Shown: in pieces, positions 1 to 7,561 of the stretch
Layout of the letters: each line of letters starts with the position of its first letter
Position numbering within the stretch: position 1 is the stretch's first letter
DNA from: a virus
IMG/VR virus record: IMGVR_UViG_3300004369_000001
Location: 43,784-107,783 of that record
Direction: 5' to 3' (one strand)
DNA: 64,000 bases
Notes under the pieces: generated by a model
The model's database searches: none
What the model was told of the DNA's origin: nothing
What the model saw: only the letters and a program-made list of their open reading frames with translations
Made by a program: the position numbers and the translations under genes

Positions 1-245
1 TATTTTGCTCCACGATACCAACGATATATTGGTTGTCTCTCGAATTCGCAATTATCTACACAGGTAGCCTCTTCATCGCCAATGTAATGCACATTATCTC
101 TGCCAAGCGGCATCGACCCAGGACCCTCGTCGAGGAAGGAGAGAGTGTATTCTGACCCATCGTAGTCAAACATAGGTCTCTCATAATCTTCCCCATCGAT
201 CGGGTTTGGGAAACTGCGACCTGTTTCAAGAATAAAGGCGGGCAT
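1..245 (-). CDS. 5' part of a probable virion structural protein (runs off window)
   Basis: Manual translation MPAFILETGRSFPNPIDGEDYERP...EATCVDNCEFERQPIYRWYRGAK is open to base 1; resembles EICIANCFPERVAIYEYKKG in the 58634-62482 protein. Confidence 0.7.
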   Translation of the reverse strand, partial: MPAFILETGRSFPNPIDGEDYERPMFDYDGSEYTLSFLDEGPGSMPLGRDNVHYIGDEEATCVDNCEFERQPIYRWYRGAK

Positions 246-250
246 TCAAT

Positions 251-532
251 TTATTGAGCTTCCAGTTTATTTAGTCGCTCATACAGATCATCAAAGATCT
301 GTTTCATGTTGAGATATTCGTCCGCCCCTTGAGGTTTATACTGAATCATATCCGCCGAAGGCGGAGGGAGTTTCTGTAAAGCACCTTCACATATCGCCAC
401 TCGCTTGGATAGATTCTCAATTGCCTTGCCCACCTGTGTTAACAGATACGCTAACTGATCAGTATCACTCATATCTGGGGTGATGACAACCCCATCTGGG
501 GTGGAGGATGTGTTATAGTTGATAGGATTCAT
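251..532 (-). CDS. hypothetical coiled-coil protein
   Basis: 93 aa ORF, co-oriented and tightly packed. Confidence 0.7.
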   Translation of the reverse strand: MNPINYNTSSTPDGVVITPDMSDTDQLAYLLTQVGKAIENLSKRVAICEGALQKLPPPSADMIQYKPQGADEYLNMKQIFDDLYERLNKLEAQ

Positions 533-572
533 AGATGCTCAACGCGGTTTTGGTTTTTCGCGGTTTTTGAAA

Positions 573-764
573 TTACTCAGATTCCTCAACCTTCTTAATG
601 CAGATCGACCCATCGATCTCCTCTGTGTATTCTAAAAGATCCCCTTCGACCCATCCAGTCTCGTCAAGTAACTCTTCGGGTAGGGTGATGAAACATTCTC
701 CATGCTCATCTTCTTCCACTGGGATTGTGTATCTTTTACTCATAGGTTTTGCAATACCTGTCAT
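573..764 (-). CDS. AbrB/MazE/SpoVT-like small DNA-binding protein
   Basis: FITLPEELLDETGWVEGDLLEY matches the swapped-hairpin pattern; start may be the second Met (MSKRY). Confidence 0.65.
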   Translation of the reverse strand: MTGIAKPMSKRYTIPVEEDEHGECFITLPEELLDETGWVEGDLLEYTEEIDGSICIKKVEESE

Positions 765-1088
765 GTGTATGTAGACAAAACAATATTTGACAAAATTGCA
801 AATACTGTATGAGTGGGTTACTTACCCCTGAAGCGTGTTACAAGTGCCTTGTAGGCGATCCTGAGAGTCTCTGAGAGGGTTATTGAAATATATTCTATTT
901 GCTCTCTTGGCGTGACTCTGAGGGGAGTTTTTATACCCTCAAAATTTTTTTCAGAGGGGGGGACCCGTAGTTTCATTTTGATAATATGGGGAGATACATC
1001 GAGGTCGATGCTATACTTTTGTAGGTTAGGGACTTATGCGTTTTTAATATACACCATCACCCCCAAGAATACACTGCTCTCAGAGTAA

Positions 1089-1310
1089 CTAATAGTCCCC
1101 AACATGCACATCATAGCATAACCCTTCAGTGATGCAATAATCACAGAATTGTTGATACTGTGTGAGGTAATCATCAAGGTCCAGGTCTATTAACTGTTGT
1201 GCTAATTCGACTTGCTCTTGTGGTGGTAATTGTCCCTCATCGTATAGATCAAGGAGCGTCTCTAGACTATCAGGAATAGAGGCGATCTTGCTGCCGTAGG
1301 TGTCACTCAT
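1089..1310 (-). CDS. hypothetical acidic protein
   Basis: 73 aa ORF, ATGA overlap with upstream ORF. Confidence 0.65.
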   Translation of the reverse strand: MSDTYGSKIASIPDSLETLLDLYDEGQLPPQEQVELAQQLIDLDLDDYLTQYQQFCDYCITEGLCYDVHVGDY

Positions 1311-1474
1311 GCGCCTGAGAATTGCTTTGCATCATTGATAGCGAGTTGCTGTGATTTGAATGGACCATACTTAGGACAACCATCGTAATTGTATGCCCAA
1401 AAGTATTTCCCACTCTTCTCCCATACTCTTATATCAACAGGAGGAATTGTTTGGAGTTGGATAGTATTACTCAC
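1307..1474 (-). CDS. small hypothetical protein (55 aa, GTG start; not in ORF track)
   Basis: MSNTIQLQTIPPVDIRVWEKSGKYFWAYNYDGCPKYGPFKSQQLAINDAKQFSGA; start/stop overlaps at both ends. Confidence 0.6.
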   Translation of the reverse strand: MSNTIQLQTIPPVDIRVWEKSGKYFWAYNYDGCPKYGPFKSQQLAINDAKQFSGA

Positions 1475-1596
1475 GACCAGTCTCCTCTAATGTCCTCTGA
1501 GAATTCAGGTCCTTCACTATCATCATAGAGGTCTAGATCGTCCTCTGTTTCTTCACTCAGAAACTCGTCAATCCAATCGGTGTTAGGATCAATCAT
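1471..1596 (-). CDS. small acidic hypothetical protein (41 aa; not in ORF track)
   Basis: MIDPNTDWIDEFLSEETEDDLDLYDDSEGPEFSEDIRGDWS; ATGA/GTGA overlaps. Confidence 0.55.
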   Translation of the reverse strand: MIDPNTDWIDEFLSEETEDDLDLYDDSEGPEFSEDIRGDWS

Positions 1597-1784
1597 GACT
1601 CGTAGTCTCCCTGGGCGTAATCATCAACAGAATTCTTTCGTTGATACTTACCTGTGGAAAAGTCTGTGGAAAACTCATCATAATTGGTGGAGGATTTCTT
1701 ACTATTACCCCACTGTCTTTTCTCTCGAATACTCTTAGGTCTCCGAGAGTTGTAAGGATCATTGCGTTTGTAAGTGCGTCCCAT
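1593..1784 (-). CDS. small hypothetical protein with basic N-terminus
   Basis: 63 aa ORF downstream of a sigma70-type promoter. Confidence 0.65.
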   Translation of the reverse strand: MGRTYKRNDPYNSRRPKSIREKRQWGNSKKSSTNYDEFSTDFSTGKYQRKNSVDDYAQGDYES

Positions 1785-2033
1785 TAGTTATGTTTAAGAG
1801 GGTTTGAGTGAGTTACAAATAAGAGGATAAGTCTTATCTGAGTTATTGTCAAGTGGTCTGTGAGGGTTTGTGTAGTGTCCTCTGAGATCTTGCGAGATCT
1901 GAGTTGATGTGTTACAGTCCGAGGTAACTAAAAGATCACACATTTCTCGGAGTATTTAACACAAACATATGTTTTTTAAGGTATTTAGTTTTCCACATGT
2001 TTTTCCACAGGTTATAAAGATATCTGTGGAAAA
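1653..2033. repeat. cluster of five TTTTCCACA (cyanobacterial DnaA-box-type) 9-mers
   Basis: TGTGGAAAA at 1653-1661, 1665-1673 and 2025-2033; TTTTCCACA at 1989-1997 and 2001-2009; a sixth copy at 2611-2619. Confidence 0.7.
1824..1852 (-). promoter_or_regulatory. sigma70-type promoter
   Basis: TTGACA (1847-1852), 17 nt spacer, TATCCT (1824-1829). Confidence 0.6.
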
Positions 2034-2051
2034 CTACGCGGAGAGTATCAT

Positions 2052-2675
2052 TTAGATGGGCACAAAGTTAACAGTGAGAGTGATACGATTAGGCGTAGCA
2101 TTGCCTTCATAACCATGTGTAATCATGCTTGGATAGATTATAACATCACCTTCTTCCATAGGTGTTGTTGCTTCCGTAAGATTATAGGGAGAGTAACCTT
2201 TAGATGGAAATTGCATGACTGGGTAATAGTTTGATGTGACATTACGTCTAAACTTTACAGGTGCATGTCCTTTCTCGTAGTTAATTAAAACGGTGGCAGA
2301 ATACAAACAATTAGAGTGCTCATGTGGTGCATACAATGCTCCTTCACCTGCCATCTCTAAGTATGCTTCACTGATGGCAAGATTGACATCATAATTGTAT
2401 GTCTGAGTATTGAAAAGATTAGCAATTTCGATTAACTGTTGGGACAGTAATGGGGATTGCTCAATACACTCATTGCGTGATCCAATTTGTTTTACATTAT
2501 GAGAGATTGACTCTCTTCCAGTTTCATCAACTAACTTAACTTTGTTGATGTAAGTGTAGATTTCATTTCGGAGGGCAGGATAATCTTTGAGAGCATATCG
2601 TCCTACAGGTTGTGGAAAAAGACCATAAATCTCCTGTGTTACTGTATCCTCTAGATTGTCAGATAAGTTAGTCAT
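2052..2675 (-). CDS. putative Fe(II)/2OG oxygenase, TIGR02466-like
   Basis: PHEHSNC...EGDVIIYPSMITHG...RITLTVNF. Confidence 0.8.
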   Translation of the reverse strand: MTNLSDNLEDTVTQEIYGLFPQPVGRYALKDYPALRNEIYTYINKVKLVDETGRESISHNVKQIGSRNECIEQSPLLSQQLIEIANLFNTQTYNYDVNLAISEAYLEMAGEGALYAPHEHSNCLYSATVLINYEKGHAPVKFRRNVTSNYYPVMQFPSKGYSPYNLTEATTPMEEGDVIIYPSMITHGYEGNATPNRITLTVNFVPI

Positions 2676-2701
2676 TTGGGGCGGAGTTGTGTAATACTAT
2701 T

Positions 2702-2914
2702 TTATACGAGCACATGGCGATAGTCAATAGTTTTGATGCACCAACCTGATGCACATGTGATCTCTTCAATTAGATCATCTTCATCATCTGCCTCCCAGAT
2801 TGTTGTAATATACTCTTCACGAAGTTTCTCCTCCGTGCGTCGTTGATTCCATCGTCCTCCATCATCAGAATCAAGAGAACAATCAAACTCAATGTCAGTA
2901 ACTTGGAATTGCAT
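2702..2914 (-). CDS. hypothetical early protein
   Basis: 70 aa acidic ORF (WEADDEDDLIEEITCASGWCI). Confidence 0.7.
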   Translation of the reverse strand: MQFQVTDIEFDCSLDSDDGGRWNQRRTEEKLREEYITTIWEADDEDDLIEEITCASGWCIKTIDYRHVLV

Positions 2915-2919
2915 TGTTG

Positions 2920-3093
2920 TTAAACAGTAGCAGGGGCGAGAGTAACAGTAACGCGGTGAAGATTTAATCCTGCGAGTTGCTCACCTACACGTTTGCAAAT
3001 TACATCAGTGGGATTCTTTAGGCGAGTCTTTTCATACCAAATTGTGCGACATTGATCGTAGGTTTCAACTTCAATACGAACGGTTTGAGTCAT
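2920..3093 (-). CDS. small hypothetical protein (57 aa; not in track)
   Basis: MTQTVRIEVETYDQCRTIWYEKTRLKNPTDVICKRVGEQLAGLNLHRVTVTLAPATV; ATGA overlap. Confidence 0.6.
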   Translation of the reverse strand: MTQTVRIEVETYDQCRTIWYEKTRLKNPTDVICKRVGEQLAGLNLHRVTVTLAPATV

Positions 3094-3248
3094 TTTGCAG
3101 TGCGTTGAATGAGATCAGCAGTGAGATGAAGTGCTTCGCCTGTGTTATATCTTACACCAGGAAAGAGAAAGAAGGCAACAACAAAGATCAGACCAATAAG
3201 TTTCATTTTGTTGGGTGATTTGAAGGTCAGATACTTACGTCGTGCCAT
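3090..3248 (-). CDS. small membrane protein (52 aa; not in track)
   Basis: MARRKYLTFKSPNKMKLIGLIFVVAFFLFPGVRYNTGEALHLTADLIQRTAK. Confidence 0.6.
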   Translation of the reverse strand: MARRKYLTFKSPNKMKLIGLIFVVAFFLFPGVRYNTGEALHLTADLIQRTAK

Positions 3249-3252
3249 TCAA

Positions 3253-3615
3253 TCAGGCAGCAAGAGGAAGAGCAGACTCACCAAGATTCAGACCAGAATA
3301 AAATAACACAACCTCGAAGGATTGAGTGCTGTTGTTATACTGACGCACATACCAAACATGATCCTTTTGAAATACACCTTCGCCAGCGATTGCATTAGCG
3401 TCGCAGATAGCATTGAGGCGTGATTTGGTAGTGTTGGATTGCCAACCACCATCAAACAGTTGCACACAATCATCACTCACAGTGGCGATATGATTGCCGT
3501 GCAGATATACACGAGACACATTATCTTGCTCATCAAATTGCACAGAAGTGTTGCCAGATTGCCAGTTGATAGAATCAGCGATTGCCTGATTCATTTGCTT
3601 TTCAATCTTACGCAT
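3253..3615 (-). CDS. hypothetical early protein (start revised to MRKIEKQM)
   Basis: A promoter cassette at 3667-3724 lies inside the track's longer N-terminus; YLHGNHIA...DGGWQSNTTKSRLNA is typical of cyanophage early ORFs. Confidence 0.75.
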   Translation of the reverse strand: MRKIEKQMNQAIADSINWQSGNTSVQFDEQDNVSRVYLHGNHIATVSDDCVQLFDGGWQSNTTKSRLNAICDANAIAGEGVFQKDHVWYVRQYNNSTQSFEVVLFYSGLNLGESALPLAA

Positions 3616-3666
3616 GGTTTTGGAGTTAGAGTGAATGTGGAAGGTGCGATCCCCCCCACGACATTG

Positions 3667-3724
3667 AATATAAGGCATTTTGAGGGTCTGTGCCAGAAAA
3701 GTGGACACTGTGCCAACTGGCACA
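3667..3724 (-). promoter_or_regulatory. early promoter cassette A
   Basis: GTGCCAGTTGGCACAGTGTCCAC box, then TATATT -10. Confidence 0.7.
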
Positions 3725-3727
3725 ATT

Positions 3728-3892
3728 TTACTTTCTAAACCTCGCGCAAACATCATCATAGGATGCACCTACAGGGATTTGTTTGCAAAAACGCTCCATC
3801 TTACTGTCCTGCATTTTGTTGACTGAATCAATAGCGGAGACGCCAATCATGCCACCAATGACAATAACAAATGTACCGAGGAAGATTCTCAT
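3728..3892 (-). CDS. small membrane protein (54 aa; not in track)
   Basis: MRIFLGTFVIVIGGMIGVSAIDSVNKMQDSKMERFCKQIPVGASYDDVCARFRK. Confidence 0.6.
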   Translation of the reverse strand: MRIFLGTFVIVIGGMIGVSAIDSVNKMQDSKMERFCKQIPVGASYDDVCARFRK

Positions 3893-4017
3893 TTGTTTAG
3901 TGGAGAATTGTAGAAACGGCGGAAAGCAGTGACAATAATAATGGCAGTGCTAATAACGCCAACGAGACCAAGAAAAGTCGTTGCATCGCCAGAGAAAGAA
4001 TAGGTGTCAGGTGTCAT
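3889..4017 (-). CDS. small membrane protein (42 aa; not in track)
   Basis: MTPDTYSFSGDATTFLGLVGVISTAIIIVTAFRRFYNSPLNK; ATGA overlaps. Confidence 0.6.
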   Translation of the reverse strand: MTPDTYSFSGDATTFLGLVGVISTAIIIVTAFRRFYNSPLNK

Positions 4018-4100
4018 CGGTAGATTGCTTTGAAGAAGAATACAATGCCAGCAACTGTAATAATACCAGTTGCAATCAGTGAGAGATTAACTATATCCAT
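4014..4100 (-). CDS. membrane micro-protein (28 aa; not in track)
   Basis: MDIVNLSLIATGIITVAGIVFFFKAIYR; TGATG/ATGA coupling to neighbours. Confidence 0.55.
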   Translation of the reverse strand: MDIVNLSLIATGIITVAGIVFFFKAIYR

Positions 4101-4444
4101 CAGGCAGAGATCAGAGATTCAAATGCATCACGATGTTGCTCTGCAAAGATAGCAACACATGGCGCGGTGTTGATATACTCAACGATGAAATCTTTGCACT
4201 CGGCAACAGTATCGAATCCCGCAATGCGCGGATAGACCCACGCAATAGATCCATCAGCAAGTACTTGACTACGACGTGCATTTACACGATAGTTTCCCTC
4301 ATCCTCAGAGTAATCTGCAGTGATAGTGAAAGCAGCGAGACGATTCTCACCCACCCAGATAGAATCTTCCTCAACCCAAATATCTTCACAATAGGCGACA
4401 GTATCCAGGCGCTTGGTGTAATCGATGGAGATGGCGTTGGTCAT
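4100..4444 (-). CDS. hypothetical early protein (start revised to MTNAIS)
   Basis: Promoter cassette B lies directly upstream of ATG 4444. Confidence 0.7.
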   Translation of the reverse strand: MTNAISIDYTKRLDTVAYCEDIWVEEDSIWVGENRLAAFTITADYSEDEGNYRVNARRSQVLADGSIAWVYPRIAGFDTVAECKDFIVEYINTAPCVAIFAEQHRDAFESLISA

Positions 4445-4463
4445 TCGTTTTGTTTGTTGTGAG

Positions 4464-4524
4464 AGTATATTTGCACAGATCGGGTGCCTGTGCTCATTTA
4501 GTGTGCAGGTTGTCTGACTGTCAC
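4464..4524 (-). promoter_or_regulatory. early promoter cassette B
   Basis: GTGACAGTCAGACAACCTGCACAC box, GCACAGG/TCTGTGC stem, TATACT; 28 bp core identical to cassettes D and E. Confidence 0.75.
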
Positions 4525-4733
4525 ATGCCATTCAGAAAGTCTGCCATTGCCTCATTATATTCTTCTTCAGTGAAGAAAGTGCGACCATGAATAGTCTTAG
4601 GAAACTGCTGTTTTGCAGCAGGTCGGTAACACTCAGCGACGGTGAATCCCTTCTCTTGAATGTAATCGGTGTAAACGTTTTGCATTGCGTTGTTGTAATT
4701 AGAAAACCACTTTGCGTCGTATTTTGGCATCAT
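4521..4733 (-). CDS. hypothetical early protein
   Basis: ORF ending ...FPKTIHGRTFFTEEEYNEAMADFLNGM; start at 4733 (ATGA overlap) or 4685. Confidence 0.65.
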   Translation of the reverse strand: MMPKYDAKWFSNYNNAMQNVYTDYIQEKGFTVAECYRPAAKQQFPKTIHGRTFFTEEEYNEAMADFLNGM

Positions 4734-4990
4734 GCCGCTGCCTGCTCCCACACGTTGTAAAACATGTCCCAAGCGTAAGTATCAGCAACGAAGGTCTGAA
4801 TGTCACACTGATCGCATACCCAATCGTATGCCATATCTGCATCAGCGTTAGTATCAATCACGAAATCGTAGAGACCTTCGATTGCACTCTGAAAGTCCTT
4901 ATCCTCAGCGAGAGAGACAAAGAACTTGCCAGTTTCGTTGTCGATCATGATGCGCTTGCCAGTGATAGAGAAAGAAGGAGAGTGAGTCAT
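4730..4990 (-). CDS. hypothetical early protein (start revised to MTHSPSF)
   Basis: Promoter cassette C directly upstream. Confidence 0.7.
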   Translation of the reverse strand: MTHSPSFSITGKRIMIDNETGKFFVSLAEDKDFQSAIEGLYDFVIDTNADADMAYDWVCDQCDIQTFVADTYAWDMFYNVWEQAAA

Positions 4991-5012
4991 TTGCTTTGTT
5001 TGGTGTCCTACC

Positions 5013-5072
5013 ATTATAAGCACGGCATCGGGCGACCTGGGGGCATCAGTGTGCCAGTGCGTCAACTGGCAT
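5013..5072 (-). promoter_or_regulatory. early promoter cassette C
   Basis: TGCCAGTTGACGCACTGGCACAC palindromic box; perfect TATAAT at 5013-5018. Confidence 0.75.
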
Positions 5073-5313
5073 CATTATGTTGAAAGTATGCTGCAATGAT
5101 TCGCTCATCATCCTCATTCAAATCATCGAATGGAAGAATACTCTTACACAGATCTTTCTTTGCATCATCAATACAATCATCCAGTTGATCGTAGAGATTA
5201 GTATAATCGAAATTGCGAGCGATATATTCTGCAATCAACGGCACATCATCCTCAGGGATATCATCAAAGTTGTCGAGAATGTAGTTGTTGATGTTGATTG
5301 TGAGTTTTGCCAT
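5062..5313 (-). CDS. hypothetical protein
   Basis: 83 aa ORF. Confidence 0.65.
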   Translation of the reverse strand: MAKLTININNYILDNFDDIPEDDVPLIAEYIARNFDYTNLYDQLDDCIDDAKKDLCKSILPFDDLNEDDERIIAAYFQHNDAS

Positions 5314-5348
5314 TATTCTAGTGAAAGAATGATTTGAAGTAATTTATA

Positions 5349-5600
5349 TCAGCAAGCGAGACACATTGCAGAGTTGAAGAGTTGCGGTTCGGTGTGCATA
5401 TCAGTCACAACATAACCATAACCCTCAACGCGAGAATCTACTTCACGTTGGAAATCTTTCTTGTTAATGTAACGCTTGGACTGTCGTGCATTGCAGAAAG
5501 TAACAATCTTCAGAATGTAGCGAGTGCTAATGTCACCATCGGCAAACTTGACGGGATAGAAGTCAACAACCATGTTGGCATCTTTGGAGGTGAGTTGCAT
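5349..5600 (-). CDS. hypothetical early protein
   Basis: 83 aa ORF (MQLTSKDANMVVDFYPVK) directly after cassette D. Confidence 0.75.
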   Translation of the reverse strand: MQLTSKDANMVVDFYPVKFADGDISTRYILKIVTFCNARQSKRYINKKDFQREVDSRVEGYGYVVTDMHTEPQLFNSAMCLAC

Positions 5601-5612
5601 TTGCTCTCGTTT

Positions 5613-5684
5613 CTTTGACCTTGTTATATTTGCACAGATCGGGTGCCTGTGCCCATTTTGTGTGCAGGTTGTTGGATTGGCACA
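5613..5684 (-). promoter_or_regulatory. early promoter cassette D
   Basis: 40 bp identical to cassette E (5613-5652 = 6673-6712). Confidence 0.75.
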
Positions 5685-5719
5685 CTACCCTAGTTTGGGT
5701 GCTGCTGGTGGTATGCTGC

Positions 5720-5893
5720 TCAATCCCACGGGTCTCGTGCCTGAGATCCCTGTCCCTGTCTTGCCTCAAATCGCTCTTTTTCGATGATTCTAGCAAGCAC
5801 GACCTGATCATCCCGCCCGCACCTGAAACCATACAAAAAACCGATCTTATAACCCAAGGCGAGACCTATGACAGTGAAAGCAACACTTAGCAT
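5720..5893 (-). CDS. small membrane protein (57 aa; not in track)
   Basis: MLSVAFTVIGLALGYKIGFLYGFRCGRDDQVVLARIIEKERFEARQGQGSQARDPWD; starts 3 nt after the upstream stop. Confidence 0.55.
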   Translation of the reverse strand: MLSVAFTVIGLALGYKIGFLYGFRCGRDDQVVLARIIEKERFEARQGQGSQARDPWD

Positions 5894-5896
5894 GAT

Positions 5897-6085
5897 TCAG
5901 TAAGATTGATCGAGTTTCTTGTGATCGTTGTTTGCGAGAGATAATTGCCTCTCAAACTCAATACGCAATGAGATAAGATGCCTCCTCAAGAAATCCTTGA
6001 ATGTTACATGTGGATCATCAATTTGCTTCTCAATCTCATCAATTTGTGCAAGAATTGTTTCTAATGTTTGTGATGTATCAGACAT
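5897..6085 (-). CDS. hypothetical protein
   Basis: 62 aa ORF, coupled to neighbours. Confidence 0.65.
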   Translation of the reverse strand: MSDTSQTLETILAQIDEIEKQIDDPHVTFKDFLRRHLISLRIEFERQLSLANNDHKKLDQSY

Positions 6086-6278
6086 AGAGATTATTCATGA
6101 AAGTCCATTCATACTCGCTATCTTGAGGATCAACACCATCAACAATCCACTCTTCACATACAGCAATGGCATCCTCATTCTTTCCTTCCTTAACAAGATT
6201 AGTCAAGCGAAGGAAATAGGTTTCACCCATGTTTTCGATGCTGGTTTCCTTCTCGTTGATGTCGTAATCCATGATCAT
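6078..6278 (-). CDS. hypothetical protein
   Basis: 66 aa ORF, coupled to neighbours. Confidence 0.65.
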   Translation of the reverse strand: MIMDYDINEKETSIENMGETYFLRLTNLVKEGKNEDAIAVCEEWIVDGVDPQDSEYEWTFMNNLYV

Positions 6279-6478
6279 TTAGAATGTTGAAGTCGAATGA
6301 TTTTTTGAAGCAAATCAGTGTGTGGAGTATTCTCAACGAGACCGCGAAGAATAGCGAGATCACACTTATTTAACTTTGTAATGAAGATATCTTCATCGAG
6401 ATCTTCATCTTGTAGAGTTAGATCTGGATTCTCCCAAAAGTCGATCCAGTCACTATCATTTGCTGCAGAAGTGATCAT
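6275..6478 (-). CDS. hypothetical protein (start revised to MITSAAND)
   Basis: TGATG overlap with the upstream stop. Confidence 0.6.
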   Translation of the reverse strand: MITSAANDSDWIDFWENPDLTLQDEDLDEDIFITKLNKCDLAILRGLVENTPHTDLLQKIIRLQHSK

Positions 6479-6663
6479 CAGAAAGGATTGCTCCAACGCT
6501 CATATTGTGAGAGAGTGATATAACCCTCTTTGCACAGTTTATCAGTAAAGTCATTCCATTCAGTGCGCTTCCAAACTACATCATTCTTGAGTTTGGGATG
6601 TGCATTAGTGATGACTTTCCAGTTATACTTAAACTGCTGAAGTGCTTGTGCTTTGGTAGTCAT
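6478..6663 (-). CDS. hypothetical early protein
   Basis: 61 aa ORF (WNDFTDKLCKEGYITLSQYERWSNPF) directly after cassette E. Confidence 0.75.
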   Translation of the reverse strand: MTTKAQALQQFKYNWKVITNAHPKLKNDVVWKRTEWNDFTDKLCKEGYITLSQYERWSNPF

Positions 6664-6664
6664 G

Positions 6665-6744
6665 TCGAATTGCTTTGACCTTGTTATATTTGCACAGATC
6701 GGGTGCCTGTGCTCATTTGGTGTGCAGGTTATTCAAGTGGCACA
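6665..6744 (-). promoter_or_regulatory. early promoter cassette E
   Basis: GTGCCACTTGAATAACCTGCACAC box, stem and -10 region; leader shares 18 bp with cassette F. Confidence 0.75.
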
Positions 6745-6977
6745 CGACCATCCGTGATTAGATTCAGTAGAGTCTGTGCGCGTGATCGATGTAGATCATG
6801 GTATGCAATCGCACCCTCAATAGCAGACACTAACTCATCATAACATTGCCGAGGATTTGTATCATCGGAGTTGAGATAATCATCGATTGCCTCTTCAAGA
6901 CGTTGGCGACGTTGCTCAGAATACTTCTTATCCACTTCAGATTGCAGGTGGAAGGTGTAAGCGTCAGTCATAATCAA
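6729..6977 (-). CDS. hypothetical protein
   Basis: 82 aa ORF whose 3' end overlaps cassette E. Confidence 0.65.
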   Translation of the reverse strand: MIMTDAYTFHLQSEVDKKYSEQRRQRLEEAIDDYLNSDDTNPRQCYDELVSAIEGAIAYHDLHRSRAQTLLNLITDGRVPLE

Positions 6978-7246
6978 ACAAGTTGCAGTTGAGGGGCATT
7001 TGTAACTTTGAAAGTGTTACCATCAGTGCCGATGGAAACATTAGGGGGGAGAATGGAGTTGTTGTCAATAACCTCCCAAGTGTTGTCAGTCTCCTTGATG
7101 ACAGCGAAACCAAAGACACCAGCAGTAGGCATCATAAACAAACCGTGCTTTTCTGCCTGCCTAGCAGATGCAAACCCACGGGCAGTGATAGTCCAGGTGA
7201 TACCAGACTGATCACCACCGAAGTATGCACAAATGAAGTCAGTCAC
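6974..7246 (-). CDS. hypothetical early protein (start revised to GTG 7246)
   Basis: The TACAAT -10 of cassette H lies inside the track's N-terminus. Confidence 0.65.
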   Translation of the reverse strand: MTDFICAYFGGDQSGITWTITARGFASARQAEKHGLFMMPTAGVFGFAVIKETDNTWEVIDNNSILPPNVSIGTDGNTFKVTNAPQLQLV

Positions 7247-7272
7247 GTTGCTTTGTTTGTTTGTTACCTGAG

Positions 7273-7332
7273 TATTGTAGGGCACAGCGGGTCACTGGGC
7301 GCTTGGAGTGTGGAGGTTTGTAGAGTGGCACA
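7273..7332 (-). promoter_or_regulatory. early promoter cassette H
   Basis: GTGCCACTCTACAAACCTCCACAC box, then TACAAT. Confidence 0.65.
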
Positions 7333-7333
7333 A

Positions 7334-7504
7334 TCAACGATAGAGGGGCGATCGATTGAGTTGATAACCCTCACGCAATGCATGTATGATTATATTATCA
7401 TACGAATGTGAGCGGAGAGGGATGTGTCGGTGCAACAAATAATCTTCACAATCTTCTGCTAATGCCTCTTTATCTTCGTGTGACATTGATTCGAGATCGA
7501 TCAT
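7334..7504 (-). CDS. small hypothetical protein (56 aa; not in track)
   Basis: MIDLESMSHEDKEALAEDCEDYLLHRHIPLRSHSYDNIIIHALREGYQLNRSPLYR. Confidence 0.6.
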   Translation of the reverse strand: MIDLESMSHEDKEALAEDCEDYLLHRHIPLRSHSYDNIIIHALREGYQLNRSPLYR

Positions 7505-7561
7505 TGGTTGTCTTCAAACAGAAACACAGTCTACTCTATGTATGGACTTCAGCACCGAAAC

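Noticed and set aside
787-815. TTGACA on the + strand as a promoter
   Set aside because: No acceptable -10 at 16-18 nt spacing.
4466-6712. 28 bp repeat as a CRISPR array
   Set aside because: Copies are about 1.1 kb apart with genes between them; there is no spacer periodicity and no cas genes.
3253-7285. Longer N-termini given by the ORF track (starts 3768, 4531, 5065, 7285) and ORF 5563-5832
   Set aside because: These extensions run through the promoter cassettes; downstream starts, and the alternative ORF 5720-5893, fit better.
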